A stretch of DNA of 64,000 nucleotides from a virus, in IMG/VR virus record IMGVR_UViG_3300045988_148533, positions 32,001 to 96,000 of that record; one strand, given 5' to 3'. Below, one piece after another: positions 41,841-51,220 of this stretch. The notes beneath the pieces were generated by a model that saw nothing but the letters and a program-made list of their open reading frames with translations, was not told the DNA's origin and ran no database searches. Position numbers and translations under genes: made by a program. Each line of letters opens with the position of its first letter. Position 1 is the stretch's first letter.

Positions 41841-43839
41841 TTACATTCATTTCTACACGACTGTAACCATCCTCCTTAACAACCGTCATGGTATTGATTC
41901 CAGCACGTATGTTCATAACGTGGCTAATAACGTACACAGGAGATTCTACCTCCTGCAACGATTCAAGCAGCAGTGCAAGGCCAAGAGGGTCTGTACCCTC
42001 AAGAACCTCATCTATCATTAGGAAATGCAGGCCTCCGTATGGATTGGTTGCATTAATCATTTCCTGAAATGCCTGTATAAGTGCCATCTCAATTCTTGCA
42101 CGCTCACCGCCACTGAACGACCAGAAAGACTTATATTCCCCCTCACCATTGATTACAAGAACCGTTATCTCAGACTTCACCTGCCCCTTTGCGTTCACCT
42201 TGAACCCATCGATGGAAAGTCTCAGCTCAGAATGCTGCTTCTGAAGAGAAAGGTTGGCTGCATCCTGAATCAGCTTCAACTGCTCAACGGCCAGAGACAT
42301 CCTGAATTCCTTAAACCGCTGCCCCCACTGCCTCATGTCGCTTATGCAGTTATTCACCTCATCAATCTGTGCCTGCAATTTTTCCTTCTGCTTCTCAGCT
42401 ATTACCAACAGACCCTCAATTTCCTTCTCTCGTGTCTCTATAACGGAATTCTGTGCCTTTTCAAGCTGTACTGCAAGCAGCTCACTTTCCTTGTCATACT
42501 GCTGCATAGCGAGTGTTAGAGAGTCCATCTCCTTTAAATACTGTTCCTTCTCAGCCTCAGCCGTTACAACAGCCCTCTTCAGAGCGGTAATATTTCCCTC
42601 AACCCTGCGTACCTGTTCAAGCGAAAGTTTTTCCTTCCGCCTAAATTCCATGAATTCATCGTTGAATTTCTTCATTCTGGCATTAATATTCTCCTTACGA
42701 GCACTGCATTCAGCCTTTCTGCTCTTAATAGACTCAACGTCCAAATTTGCATCATCAACGGCCCTGTTAATCTCAGCAACGGACATCTCTGAATTAAGCA
42801 CAAATTCATGCTTGCAGTTAGGGCATACTATCCTACTCTCCAAGAGGGAATTCAACTTAGCTATCTTAGTAGTGGCATCATAGTAGGAGGAGGCTATCTG
42901 TCGTTCTTCCTTCTGCACCTTATCCAGTTCACCGCTCATGGCAGTCATATTGCTCTCCACCTTGTTCACCTTCCCCCTCCAGTCGGTGCTGTTCAACTGC
43001 TTCAGCTCCTCAGTGGCAGCATCAATGGCAGCATTCTTCTCATCCATCACCCTGTGCTGCACGGCTATCAGCTGCCTGCATTCCTTAATACGTTCCTTGG
43101 CCCTGTCGTATTTGGCCAGAACGGAGTCAATTTGCCCCTCTATCCCCTCTATAATGGATTGTTTCTCTGCATCAGTGTTACGCTCTCGCTCAGCCTGCAA
43201 CTGCTCACTGTAAGCCTTTATTTGACCCTCAATTCGGTACATTCTTGACGACAGCTCATCAGCCTCAGCCTGCAAGGGCTTCACCTCCTCATTTATCACA
43301 CTATCCGCCTCGTCAAGCCTCTCCACCTTGATGAATCGGTTGATAAGAGCCAGTTTGTCCGTGTTGGAGGCGGTAATAAATGACCTATAATTCTCCTTGT
43401 TCAGAATATAGTAGTTCTTCAAGTCCTCAACGCTTATGCCTACCCATCGAATGATATAGGCATTACCGTCATTTACGGTTGCAAACGACACGGCCTCATC
43501 ATTGATGAACAGTTCCAGACTTGCAGAACCCTTCACCCTTAGAGTGCGGTGTATCGTCAGCGTCTGCTTTCTCATGGGACATTCTATGTAGAGCCATATC
43601 TCAGCTTCTGACTCACCCCACGTTATCAACTCCCTGTCAAGTGTCTGCTTCCTAAGTGCTGATGCAAAGAGGGCATAGGCTATACCAGCCTCCAGAGTGC
43701 TCTTTCCAGAACCATTCGTCTCCTTTGACTCAGGCTCCGAAAGATTCCTACCCTGTACAAGCAGAGGCCCATTCACGAAGGAATGGTCAAGTTCCCTGAA
43801 TGACAGGAAATTCTTCAACTTTATTCTTACAAGTCTCAT
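41833..43839 (-). CDS. sbcC: SbcC/Rad50-family ATPase (gp46-like)
   Basis: The N-terminus is LKNFLSFRE...NGSGKSTLEAGIAYALF (Walker A). A long coiled coil carries the CPNC zinc hook. FSGGERARIEMAL is the signature motif and LMIDEVLEGTD is Walker B. Confidence 0.85.
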   Translation of the reverse strand: MRLVRIKLKNFLSFRELDHSFVNGPLLVQGRNLSEPESKETNGSGKSTLEAGIAYALFASALRKQTLDRELITWGESEAEIWLYIECPMRKQTLTIHRTLRVKGSASLELFINDEAVSFATVNDGNAYIIRWVGISVEDLKNYYILNKENYRSFITASNTDKLALINRFIKVERLDEADSVINEEVKPLQAEADELSSRMYRIEGQIKAYSEQLQAERERNTDAEKQSIIEGIEGQIDSVLAKYDRAKERIKECRQLIAVQHRVMDEKNAAIDAATEELKQLNSTDWRGKVNKVESNMTAMSGELDKVQKEERQIASSYYDATTKIAKLNSLLESRIVCPNCKHEFVLNSEMSVAEINRAVDDANLDVESIKSRKAECSARKENINARMKKFNDEFMEFRRKEKLSLEQVRRVEGNITALKRAVVTAEAEKEQYLKEMDSLTLAMQQYDKESELLAVQLEKAQNSVIETREKEIEGLLVIAEKQKEKLQAQIDEVNNCISDMRQWGQRFKEFRMSLAVEQLKLIQDAANLSLQKQHSELRLSIDGFKVNAKGQVKSEITVLVINGEGEYKSFWSFSGGERARIEMALIQAFQEMINATNPYGGLHFLMIDEVLEGTDPLGLALLLESLQEVESPVYVISHVMNIRAGINTMTVVKEDGYSRVEMNVND

Positions 43840-44795
43840 ATTGTCTGCATTATGGCATCCTCAATTTCGTTGAACAACTTAGGGTCTGCGAGCAGTGTCT
43901 CTCGTGCCTTTTCCAACCCCTGTCCGATGTTTCTGCCCTTGTAGTTGTAAAAACTGCCTTTCTTGTCAATAATCTCCTTTTCACAGCCAATGGCAAGCAG
44001 TTCTCCAGCCCTGTCAATACCCTCACCGAAGCGAATGTCAAATTCCGCCTTGCGGAATGGCGGTGCAACCTTGTTCTTCTCAACCTTGACCTTGATGTGA
44101 TTGGCCACCTCCTCACCCTTGTCACCTATCACACCGCTCTTTGCAATGTCAAGTATCTGTGAGGAATAGAATCCAAGGGCCTTACCTCCAGGAGTTGTCT
44201 TGGGGTTCCCATACACGACACCTATCTTGTCACGATACTGATTAATGAAAAGTACCAACTGACTGTTTCTCTTTATATCACCTATAAGTCCGGGAAGCCA
44301 CGTAGCCATCAAGCGAGCCAGAACACCCATCTTTGCATCACCCACGTCAGCCTCAAGATAGCACTTAGGAAACATAGCAGCAACTGAATCAAGCACTACA
44401 CCGCCAATCTCCTTGGAGCGACACGCCTCACGCATCAGCTCAAAGCACTCCTCTGCCACTCCGGGCTGACTGAGTATGAACTTGTTAGGAGAAATATCCA
44501 CGCCAAGAGCCTCAACATAGTCCATGTCAATAGCATTTTCCCTGTCTATATAGAGTACTGCCTTACCTGTATTTTCCTGAATGCTTCGGCAGGCTGTAAG
44601 GGCCAGTGTCGTCTTTCCGGATGACTCATACCCTCGCAGTTCCACAATTCTTCCAAGCGGATAGCCTCCTCCAAGAGCTATGTCCAGCCCCAGACTGCCT
44701 GAGGATATGAACTCTATGCCCTGTTGATTGTTTCCGGAAACAATTTCCTTTCCGAACTTTTTCTGAAGTAAACTTACAAAATCCTCTACTCCCAT
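43836..44795 (-). CDS. recA: RecA-family recombinase
   Basis: ISSGSLGLDIALGGGYPLGRIVELRGYESSGKTTLAL is collinear with the RecA N-terminal core. FINQYRDKIGVVYGNPKTTPGGKALGFY corresponds to the L2 region. Confidence 0.88.
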   Translation of the reverse strand: MGVEDFVSLLQKKFGKEIVSGNNQQGIEFISSGSLGLDIALGGGYPLGRIVELRGYESSGKTTLALTACRSIQENTGKAVLYIDRENAIDMDYVEALGVDISPNKFILSQPGVAEECFELMREACRSKEIGGVVLDSVAAMFPKCYLEADVGDAKMGVLARLMATWLPGLIGDIKRNSQLVLFINQYRDKIGVVYGNPKTTPGGKALGFYSSQILDIAKSGVIGDKGEEVANHIKVKVEKNKVAPPFRKAEFDIRFGEGIDRAGELLAIGCEKEIIDKKGSFYNYKGRNIGQGLEKARETLLADPKLFNEIEDAIMQTI

Positions 44796-45823
44796 TGCAT
44801 TATCTGATTTAATATTAATAACCCCTCCTCAACATCATACCCCTTATCCTCACAGAACGACTTGAACTTGTCAGCAATATCACCGTCACTCAGCTCTCTG
44901 CACACGGCCTCCTCGGTAACAGTACCGTCAACCTCAACGTCATTATATTTTGTCTTAACGGATATACCCTTATCCGTAAACATCTTCTTATTCACACCCT
45001 TGATGGACTGTTGGTCTCCCTTCAGCGTCACACGCAGATGTACACCCTCCGTTGACTCCTCAGCAACAGCCTTGATGTCCTCACGACTTGCCGTCAGGGT
45101 ATCAATCACTATCTCTCGATAGGGTGTGAAGTCAGACCTCAGGAGGTCAAACGACAGGTCATCATACAGCACGGTGAAGCCCTTGTCCTCATCCTCACCG
45201 AAGTTGTTCTGAATAACACTCGGCAGATGAAACACATTTCTCGCAGGCTGCTGTGCATTGTGATAATGCCCGAGAAATACCCTGTCAAAATCCTTGAACA
45301 TGGACGCCTTGATGCTGCTCTGAACAGTGCTGCCGTCATTGTTGATGGAACCCTCTATTGCCGTATGGCTGAACAGAATACTTCCATTGCCATGACCCAG
45401 ACCCTGTATTGAATTGAAATGTCGTATCCATGTCTCGGTAGCATAGAAAGGAACGAAATACACTGCTACACCCTTAATTAGCACCCCTGTTTCCTTTTCA
45501 TACAGATGGAAATTAGGGTGGTATCGGTAAGGAGTAAGGAAGGATTCATCAGCAGTATAGTCTGTTTTGTCATGATTTCCTGGAATGCAGTGTACGGAAA
45601 GGCCCTGATTGGTATGAATGTCTATAACCGCATCAAAACAGTTCAGCATATCCTGCCTCTGGCTGACACGGCTGTCAAACATATCCCCGAGCCATATCAC
45701 ATCCCGTACTTTCAGCCTTTCCGCCAGAGCCGCCTCCTGACGAGCAACATCGAGAAGCTCAGAGGCATTTGTCTCCTTGAGATGCCAATCCGTACTAATT
45801 ATTGCTATTGGTTTCTTACTCAT
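44786..45823 (-). CDS. sbcD: SbcD/Mre11-family nuclease (gp47-like)
   Basis: The calcineurin-like phosphoesterase motifs are present: STDWH, GDMFD, GNHD and GHYH. The start was set to the ATG at 45823 (MSKKPIAII), because the longer form overlaps the upstream gene. Confidence 0.85.
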   Translation of the reverse strand: MSKKPIAIISTDWHLKETNASELLDVARQEAALAERLKVRDVIWLGDMFDSRVSQRQDMLNCFDAVIDIHTNQGLSVHCIPGNHDKTDYTADESFLTPYRYHPNFHLYEKETGVLIKGVAVYFVPFYATETWIRHFNSIQGLGHGNGSILFSHTAIEGSINNDGSTVQSSIKASMFKDFDRVFLGHYHNAQQPARNVFHLPSVIQNNFGEDEDKGFTVLYDDLSFDLLRSDFTPYREIVIDTLTASREDIKAVAEESTEGVHLRVTLKGDQQSIKGVNKKMFTDKGISVKTKYNDVEVDGTVTEEAVCRELSDGDIADKFKSFCEDKGYDVEEGLLILNQIMQWE

Positions 45824-45884
45824 ATTTTCTTTTTGAAAAAGAGGGGGCTGGTGTGCCCCCTCAGGAATGTATATAGGCAGAAAA

Positions 45885-47270
45885 TTAGGACTTCTTCTGT
45901 CGTGCCTCACGCATCTTACGTATGCGCTCTATTGCACTCATGGCAGAATCACTGCTCTCAGCGGATACACCGTCGGCTTCCTCGGGTTCAGGCTCAGGCT
46001 GAGGCTTAGGCCTTGCAGCAGGCTTCGGCTTAGGCTTTGCCTCCACAGCAGGAGCATCCCAGCCCTCAAGATGAGGTCTGTCATACCCCAAATCCTCCTT
46101 CTTGAGTGCCACAGGGTACAGTTCCTCAACCTCATCAGGTTCCGGCTCATAGTCATACTCGTCACCGTACTGCCGAATGAACTCGGCTATCACAACCTGT
46201 TTCTTCTCCTCAGGTGTAGGTTCAGCAGGCTGAGGGGCTGCTTTCTTCTTCATAAGGGGCTTCTTTGCAGGTGCAGGAGCAGCCTCAGCGGCAGGGTCAG
46301 GGAAAGGCAGATTGTCCTCTCTGTCGGAGGTATCAGCACCACTCTTTTCCTCAACGGCCTTCTGAAGCTCCTCAACCATGTCCAGATACTCCTCATCGGC
46401 GAAAATCTTATACACGTTTTCCTCGTCGAACCGCTTCAACCCCTCAAGTGCGAGATTGAAGTCACGAATGCCGTAGCAGTCCACATACAGCTTCTGAAGC
46501 GAAGGATATGTTTCCAGTTCCTCAAGAATCTTGTCAGGTACGGCATTCTTCTCGAAATAGTCCTCCCATGTCTGACCCATCTTCAAAGGTAGAGCCTTGA
46601 TTGTCTCAACCGTCTTGTTGTTGTCATCCTTGCTCCTATCCCACTGAAGAGGAAAACCAGTGTTAGGGTCGCTGAACATATCTATTGCAGCGGTATCGTT
46701 CTGCGCACACAGGTCAGCGGACTCCTTGTTAAGGGCCTCCATCTGCTTAGGCTTCAGTGAATCCCTGTACACCTTGCCCTCTATGTAGGCATAGTAGACA
46801 TATTCCAGCTGTGGACGGATTCCGGGAACCCACGTACCGTTCTTACCGCCCATCCTATATCCTGTGATAGGATTGAGGAATCTGGAACGTTCATCCTTAT
46901 CCTGAATCTGTTCAGCCTTTTCGTACACCCTCTTAATGTACTCCTCAACTATGTCATAGGGGTAATGGCCGTGCAGGGTGGCCAAGAAAATTTTCTTATT
47001 GACGATTTTCTTACCGATTACATTGCCGTCCTTGTCCTTGTCATCAGCAACGCACTTGAGCATCGTTGTGAGCATCGGCACATAGGGGGAATCTCCTGCA
47101 ACGTGTGCTGGAAGCACTCTCTTAATTGTAATACCGTCTCTGTTTTTCCAAAACGGTGCATAATCACCCTTGTTTCCACCAAAGTATGTGTCATAGGGCT
47201 TCGTCTGTGCCACTGTATCATTCACTGTTGAAAGAGGAGCGGCTCTGTACTTGTTTCTGTCAAATGCCAT
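45885..47270 (-). CDS. hypothetical protein with Pro/Ala/Glu-rich acidic C-terminal region (position compatible with an ssDNA-binding or accessory replication protein; not demonstrated)
   Basis: 461-aa ORF. The C-terminal low-complexity region reads PAAEAAPAPAKKP...PKPKPAARPKPQPEPEPEE. Confidence 0.65.
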   Translation of the reverse strand: MAFDRNKYRAAPLSTVNDTVAQTKPYDTYFGGNKGDYAPFWKNRDGITIKRVLPAHVAGDSPYVPMLTTMLKCVADDKDKDGNVIGKKIVNKKIFLATLHGHYPYDIVEEYIKRVYEKAEQIQDKDERSRFLNPITGYRMGGKNGTWVPGIRPQLEYVYYAYIEGKVYRDSLKPKQMEALNKESADLCAQNDTAAIDMFSDPNTGFPLQWDRSKDDNNKTVETIKALPLKMGQTWEDYFEKNAVPDKILEELETYPSLQKLYVDCYGIRDFNLALEGLKRFDEENVYKIFADEEYLDMVEELQKAVEEKSGADTSDREDNLPFPDPAAEAAPAPAKKPLMKKKAAPQPAEPTPEEKKQVVIAEFIRQYGDEYDYEPEPDEVEELYPVALKKEDLGYDRPHLEGWDAPAVEAKPKPKPAARPKPQPEPEPEEADGVSAESSDSAMSAIERIRKMREARQKKS

Positions 47271-47275
47271 AATTC

Positions 47276-47557
47276 TTATTTCTTTAATAGTTCCTTAATT
47301 TCTCTTGTCAATTCCTTTCTACTTGCAATAATCCTGTCAATAAGTTTCTGTATCGTGTCTGATTCCTCAATGCTTTCTCTATGTGCTATAATATCCAGTG
47401 CCCTATCTAAAGGTACACCCCAACAAACGTTATCCAGCTTGCCGTCCGGATGCTTAGGGGTGACTTTGATTTGATAAACGTCATAGAACCATGTCGACCC
47501 CTCACTCTGCTGTATAAGGTGCTTTTCACCAACAGGTATCAATCTATCTGCTTCCAT
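47276..47557 (-). CDS. hypothetical protein
   Basis: 93-aa ORF. Confidence 0.55.
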   Translation of the reverse strand: MEADRLIPVGEKHLIQQSEGSTWFYDVYQIKVTPKHPDGKLDNVCWGVPLDRALDIIAHRESIEESDTIQKLIDRIIASRKELTREIKELLKK

Positions 47558-47559
47558 GG

Positions 47560-48090
47560 TTAGAACCCTTTCTTAGTTATATAGAAGCTATTCACCTCAC
47601 CCTCAACCAAATCATTGACAAATTCCTGAGGGGTTACAGGCTTCAGCATATTATTCAACTTCTTGCTCTTGTCCTGCACACTCCACTGCAAGCTGTCAAG
47701 CATACTGAAATTCCTCTGTGCATCAATGAACTCCATTGACAAATCCTGATAACCGTCATCAAGAAGCAGGGCCTCATCAAGAGCCTTTTCAGACAGCTTC
47801 ACTTCCTCGCCATCAACAGTAAACTTTCCAGAATTGGCATTAGCCTCTCTGCGCCACACACGCTTCTTCTCAGCCTCGTAGACATCCCTCTCGAGCTTTT
47901 TCTCAGCCATTGTTTTCTCAGCCTCAGCCCTCAGTAGACCTATCTTATTAAGCAGCGCACTGACGGTAACTGCCTCTCCGTAGAGGTTGCTGTAATCGAT
48001 TGCAGTCAGCCTGTCTACATCCACCGTGCCCTCAAAGCCGTCGGTGGAAAGTGTTACAGGCACATTGTTGAAATGTACTAAAATTTCCAT
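47560..48090 (-). CDS. hypothetical protein
   Basis: 176-aa ORF. Confidence 0.6.
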   Translation of the reverse strand: MEILVHFNNVPVTLSTDGFEGTVDVDRLTAIDYSNLYGEAVTVSALLNKIGLLRAEAEKTMAEKKLERDVYEAEKKRVWRREANANSGKFTVDGEEVKLSEKALDEALLLDDGYQDLSMEFIDAQRNFSMLDSLQWSVQDKSKKLNNMLKPVTPQEFVNDLVEGEVNSFYITKKGF

Positions 48091-48105
48091 GATAAAATCT
48101 CCTTT

Positions 48106-50127
48106 TTACATTAACGCAAATATCAGCATTCGTGTTGTCATATCAGCACGAATTATGTTCACACCTTTCTTGCTGTCGTTGGACAGTGAACCATTAATTA
48201 GAATAATGTTGCTCTTAGCCTTTTTCACGAACTCCTGAAGCCTGTCATAATCCCCTCCAAATATCAGGACTTCTATGAACTCATAGTTGCTTTCAAGCGT
48301 CATCTTGCAGAATGTCTTAGGGGCTGTTCTACGACCACCCTTTGTCGTCTTAACCTCAACATCAGCCACATAACCACCCACAACAACCATTCCTTCTCCA
48401 GCCTTGACTTTCCGAGAGGTATCATTGCACTGCTCCACCGTCACATAGGAATACTCATCTGGGAAGCTACCTCTGTTATTCTCATACAGCCTATCATACC
48501 TGAAGAACGCGAACCCAGAAAGCTGCTTCTGCATAAGTCGCCACCACCACCCATCCTCACGATGCACGTATGCACCATTGAGGAGAGGGTCACTGTCATC
48601 AATCTTAATCCTGTTCTTCTCAAAATACCTTCGCAGCAGAGACACCCTTTCCCGTACATCGGTAATGTTCTCTATGCTGTCAAACGCACCGCTCAGAATG
48701 AGGTTCTTAATTACTCGGCTGTTCACTGCCGTACCCTTCCAGTTATGGCGACTGACAAAGTCCTCAATTGACCAGTACTGCCCATTCTCATCTCTCTCCT
48801 TGAGTATCTGGTCAGCAGCCTTGTCGGCTACCTGTTTAACACCCATAATTGACCAATATAAAGACTGTGTCTTAAAGTCTATCACAACATTCTTAGTAGA
48901 GATGTTAATATCCACAGGTTTCACTTCACACACGCCTGTCTTATTAATCTCAGCAATATAGCGTGGATAGTCATCATCCGTAGCATACTTAAAGGCCACA
49001 CTCCAGTACTCAATAGGATAATGAACTTTCAGCCACTGAGATATATACCCTGTAATTGCATAGGCAGCTGCGTGACTCCGATTAAATAGGTAGAGGGATG
49101 CTTTATCAATAGCTTCCCACACACTCTCAGCATAATCATGGCTGACGCCAAAATGCTCCATATAATATGGGGTGAACCTCTCATGATACTGATGCAGTGC
49201 CTCATATTTCTTCTTCACCATCGCCTTACGCACATCATCAGCCTCAACCAATGACAAACCTCCTAAAACCTTACACAACTCCATAACAGACTCCTGATAT
49301 ATCACAAGGCCAAATGTCTTCTCAAGCACTTTTTCAGCACCCACCCAATATTTCACCTTACTCGGGTCTGCCTTACGAATAATATAATCCTCATGGAATC
49401 CATTCTCCATTGCTCCAGGACGATATAGGGAAATGGCAGCTATCAGGTCTTCAATGTTGCGTGGCTGCATCTGCTTACAGTATCCAGTCAACCCTCTACT
49501 GCCAAAGTGGAAATTATCCTCATTCCAGCCGTTGCAGAAATACCTGTACACCTCTCTATCATCAAGAGGTGTGCTGTATATATCCACGTCCACACCCTCA
49601 TTCTCCTTTATTAAGGTAATCATCTCCTGAAACTTATCCAGCTGCTTCACACCCAGAATATCCTGTTTCAAGAATCCAGCACTGTCCATCTCACCACCTT
49701 CCCATTCGCTGACATATTCCTCACCCTGTTTTCTGATTGGAACCCAGTGGAACATATCGTGTTCCTTAGGAAAAATCATCGTAGCACAGGCATGAATGGA
49801 CTGTGCCTTGGGGGCAGGCATAAGCAGCATCACCTCATTCACTATATCAGGGTGCTCTGTCACGAATTTCTTAACATTCTCATCCGCACAGGCTATCTTG
49901 AACAGGTCTTCCGGCTTACGGTCACTAACATCAAATACTTTCATCATCTCATTCACCGTCTGGAATTCCAACCCGTATATTCTGGACATGTCCTTAATGG
50001 CCGCTCGCAGTTGCAGTGCGCTGTACGTACCCACGGAACATACTCTACTCCACCCGTATCGTTCTTCCATATATTTCTTCACCCGAGGTCTATCAACCGA
50101 GGGGAAGTCAACATCGATTTCACTTCG
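48106..50127 (-). CDS. dnaE: DNA polymerase III alpha subunit (DnaE-type), downstream exon: catalytic Asp motif, palm, fingers and C-terminal OB region
   Basis: The track ORF (GTG at 50082) reads MKKYMEERYGWSRVCSVGTYSALQLRAAIKDMSRIYG..., then LYRPGAME and HAAAYA. My upstream translation of the same frame gives GRSEIDVDFPSVDRPRV, which is the PDxDxDF-type catalytic motif. No start codon lies between it and the TAA at 50137-50139. The 5' boundary (about 50125-50127) is inferred. Confidence 0.75.
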   Translation of the reverse strand, partial: RSEIDVDFPSVDRPRVKKYMEERYGWSRVCSVGTYSALQLRAAIKDMSRIYGLEFQTVNEMMKVFDVSDRKPEDLFKIACADENVKKFVTEHPDIVNEVMLLMPAPKAQSIHACATMIFPKEHDMFHWVPIRKQGEEYVSEWEGGEMDSAGFLKQDILGVKQLDKFQEMITLIKENEGVDVDIYSTPLDDREVYRYFCNGWNEDNFHFGSRGLTGYCKQMQPRNIEDLIAAISLYRPGAMENGFHEDYIIRKADPSKVKYWVGAEKVLEKTFGLVIYQESVMELCKVLGGLSLVEADDVRKAMVKKKYEALHQYHERFTPYYMEHFGVSHDYAESVWEAIDKASLYLFNRSHAAAYAITGYISQWLKVHYPIEYWSVAFKYATDDDYPRYIAEINKTGVCEVKPVDINISTKNVVIDFKTQSLYWSIMGVKQVADKAADQILKERDENGQYWSIEDFVSRHNWKGTAVNSRVIKNLILSGAFDSIENITDVRERVSLLRRYFEKNRIKIDDSDPLLNGAYVHREDGWWWRLMQKQLSGFAFFRYDRLYENNRGSFPDEYSYVTVEQCNDTSRKVKAGEGMVVVGGYVADVEVKTTKGGRRTAPKTFCKMTLESNYEFIEVLIFGGDYDRLQEFVKKAKSNIILINGSLSNDSKKGVNIIRADMTTRMLIFALM

Positions 50128-51220
50128 CCCCCACCATTACTGATGGGGGCATAACATCAGGCAGGGATACCGGAACGAATCCCTGCCTGAACTCCTTTTC
50201 AATTTTTACTATTTTCGACATACTTAAAAAATTTACCTATCTGCCCTGAATATAACCCCATTTCCTTCATACCATTAGAATCATACCCCTGTTTCCAAAG
50301 CTGAACCATGCGGTATGCACCATAATATTTGGAGTCACACTCATTTAATATATAACGTTCTATCTCCTTTTGCGTAGACAATTTTCTGTCCGAAATTAAA
50401 TATCTATATTTACGAATTTTCTTCAACCCATACATTCCAAGAAAATCCGCTTCACGCATATAACTGTAAAAATTACATTCCCCTGTCCATAAATCATACA
50501 CCCAACATGATTTCGCCTTCACATTTTTACCGCCCTTGCTTTTACCATTCTCCCTTCTCTTAATGGAAAGATTTTTCTTTTGTTCATCAGTCCATCTACG
50601 ACCATAATTAGGATTGGTCTCACCCTCAAAACGCGGAGGAAGCCCACCTCCCACCATCATATTTAAAACATCTGGTCGAGAAATAAAGGCCTCATCCACA
50701 ATCCTCGCTTCGGACTCTAAAGCATCCTTAATGGAATGAAAATAACAAATAATCCTCTTTTTAAAATTCAAGTACCCATATTGTAGCAATGCTTTTCTAA
50801 ATTTCGTTTCCTTCTCCTTATGACGTTTATATAAAACACCGCTTTTCCTTATTAAACACCCATTCCCTATATAAGTGTCAAATTCCGGGTGTAACCCCTT
50901 ATAAACCCTGACACCAATATAAATATCATTAGTTATTACACACTTGGTTTCGTACAAATAAACCACGCGACGACCACCCAAATCAACGGGTATTTCAGAA
51001 TAATTAATACACTTGCTTAAATAGTCCATAATTCAATAAATTTAAGCAAACACTAAAGTCAAAATCAATAAGCAAGCAATTCGTCATTGACTTTAAAATC
51101 CTTTGCCTTGGCAATTATCTTATTTCCACCCCTGAACAAAACAAGTTCTTTATTTTCATCAAATTCCAAGATTCTGCCATTATCAAGAGTAATTTTAACA
51201 ATATTCTGCTTACGTACATA
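50128..51220 (-). mobile_element. intervening sequence in dnaE (probable group I intron, boundaries +/- about 5 nt) carrying a GIY-YIG homing endonuclease gene
   Basis: The exon 1 frame reads ...LLFERFLNKGRVG and then diverges from DnaE. The exon 2 frame resumes at (G)RSEIDVDF. Candidate splice points follow a U (51221 or 51225) and a G (50128 or 50126). Two strong hairpins lie in the 3' part at 50163-50194 and 50128-50151. Confidence 0.55.
50199..51029 (-). CDS. GIY-YIG homing endonuclease (I-TevI-like)
   Basis: VVYLYETKCVITNDIYIGV is the GIY-x10-YIG element, with conserved Arg and Glu downstream (FRKAL, ESEARIV). The C-terminal part is a basic, NUMOD-like linker region. The gene is A+T-rich. 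Confidence 0.8.
   Translation of the reverse strand: MDYLSKCINYSEIPVDLGGRRVVYLYETKCVITNDIYIGVRVYKGLHPEFDTYIGNGCLIRKSGVLYKRHKEKETKFRKALLQYGYLNFKKRIICYFHSIKDALESEARIVDEAFISRPDVLNMMVGGGLPPRFEGETNPNYGRRWTDEQKKNLSIKRRENGKSKGGKNVKAKSCWVYDLWTGECNFYSYMREADFLGMYGLKKIRKYRYLISDRKLSTQKEIERYILNECDSKYYGAYRMVQLWKQGYDSNGMKEMGLYSGQIGKFFKYVENSKN

Noticed and set aside
45867-46592. 241-aa plus-strand ORF rich in Leu/Arg opposite gene 45885..47270
   Set aside because: It is the mirror image of the low-complexity Pro/Ala/Glu-coding region on the minus strand, which is a typical antisense artefact.
51065-51220. Split-intein hypothesis for dnaE: the tail VGYVRKQNIVKITLDNGRILEFDENKELVLF... after FERFLNKGR as an N-intein
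   Set aside because: There is no Cys or Ser at the junction, and the tail is only about 50 aa. The downstream half has no C-intein ending in HN/AS-N. The missing catalytic motif is encoded in frame just upstream of the second ORF. An RNA-level intervening sequence with read-through translation explains this better.
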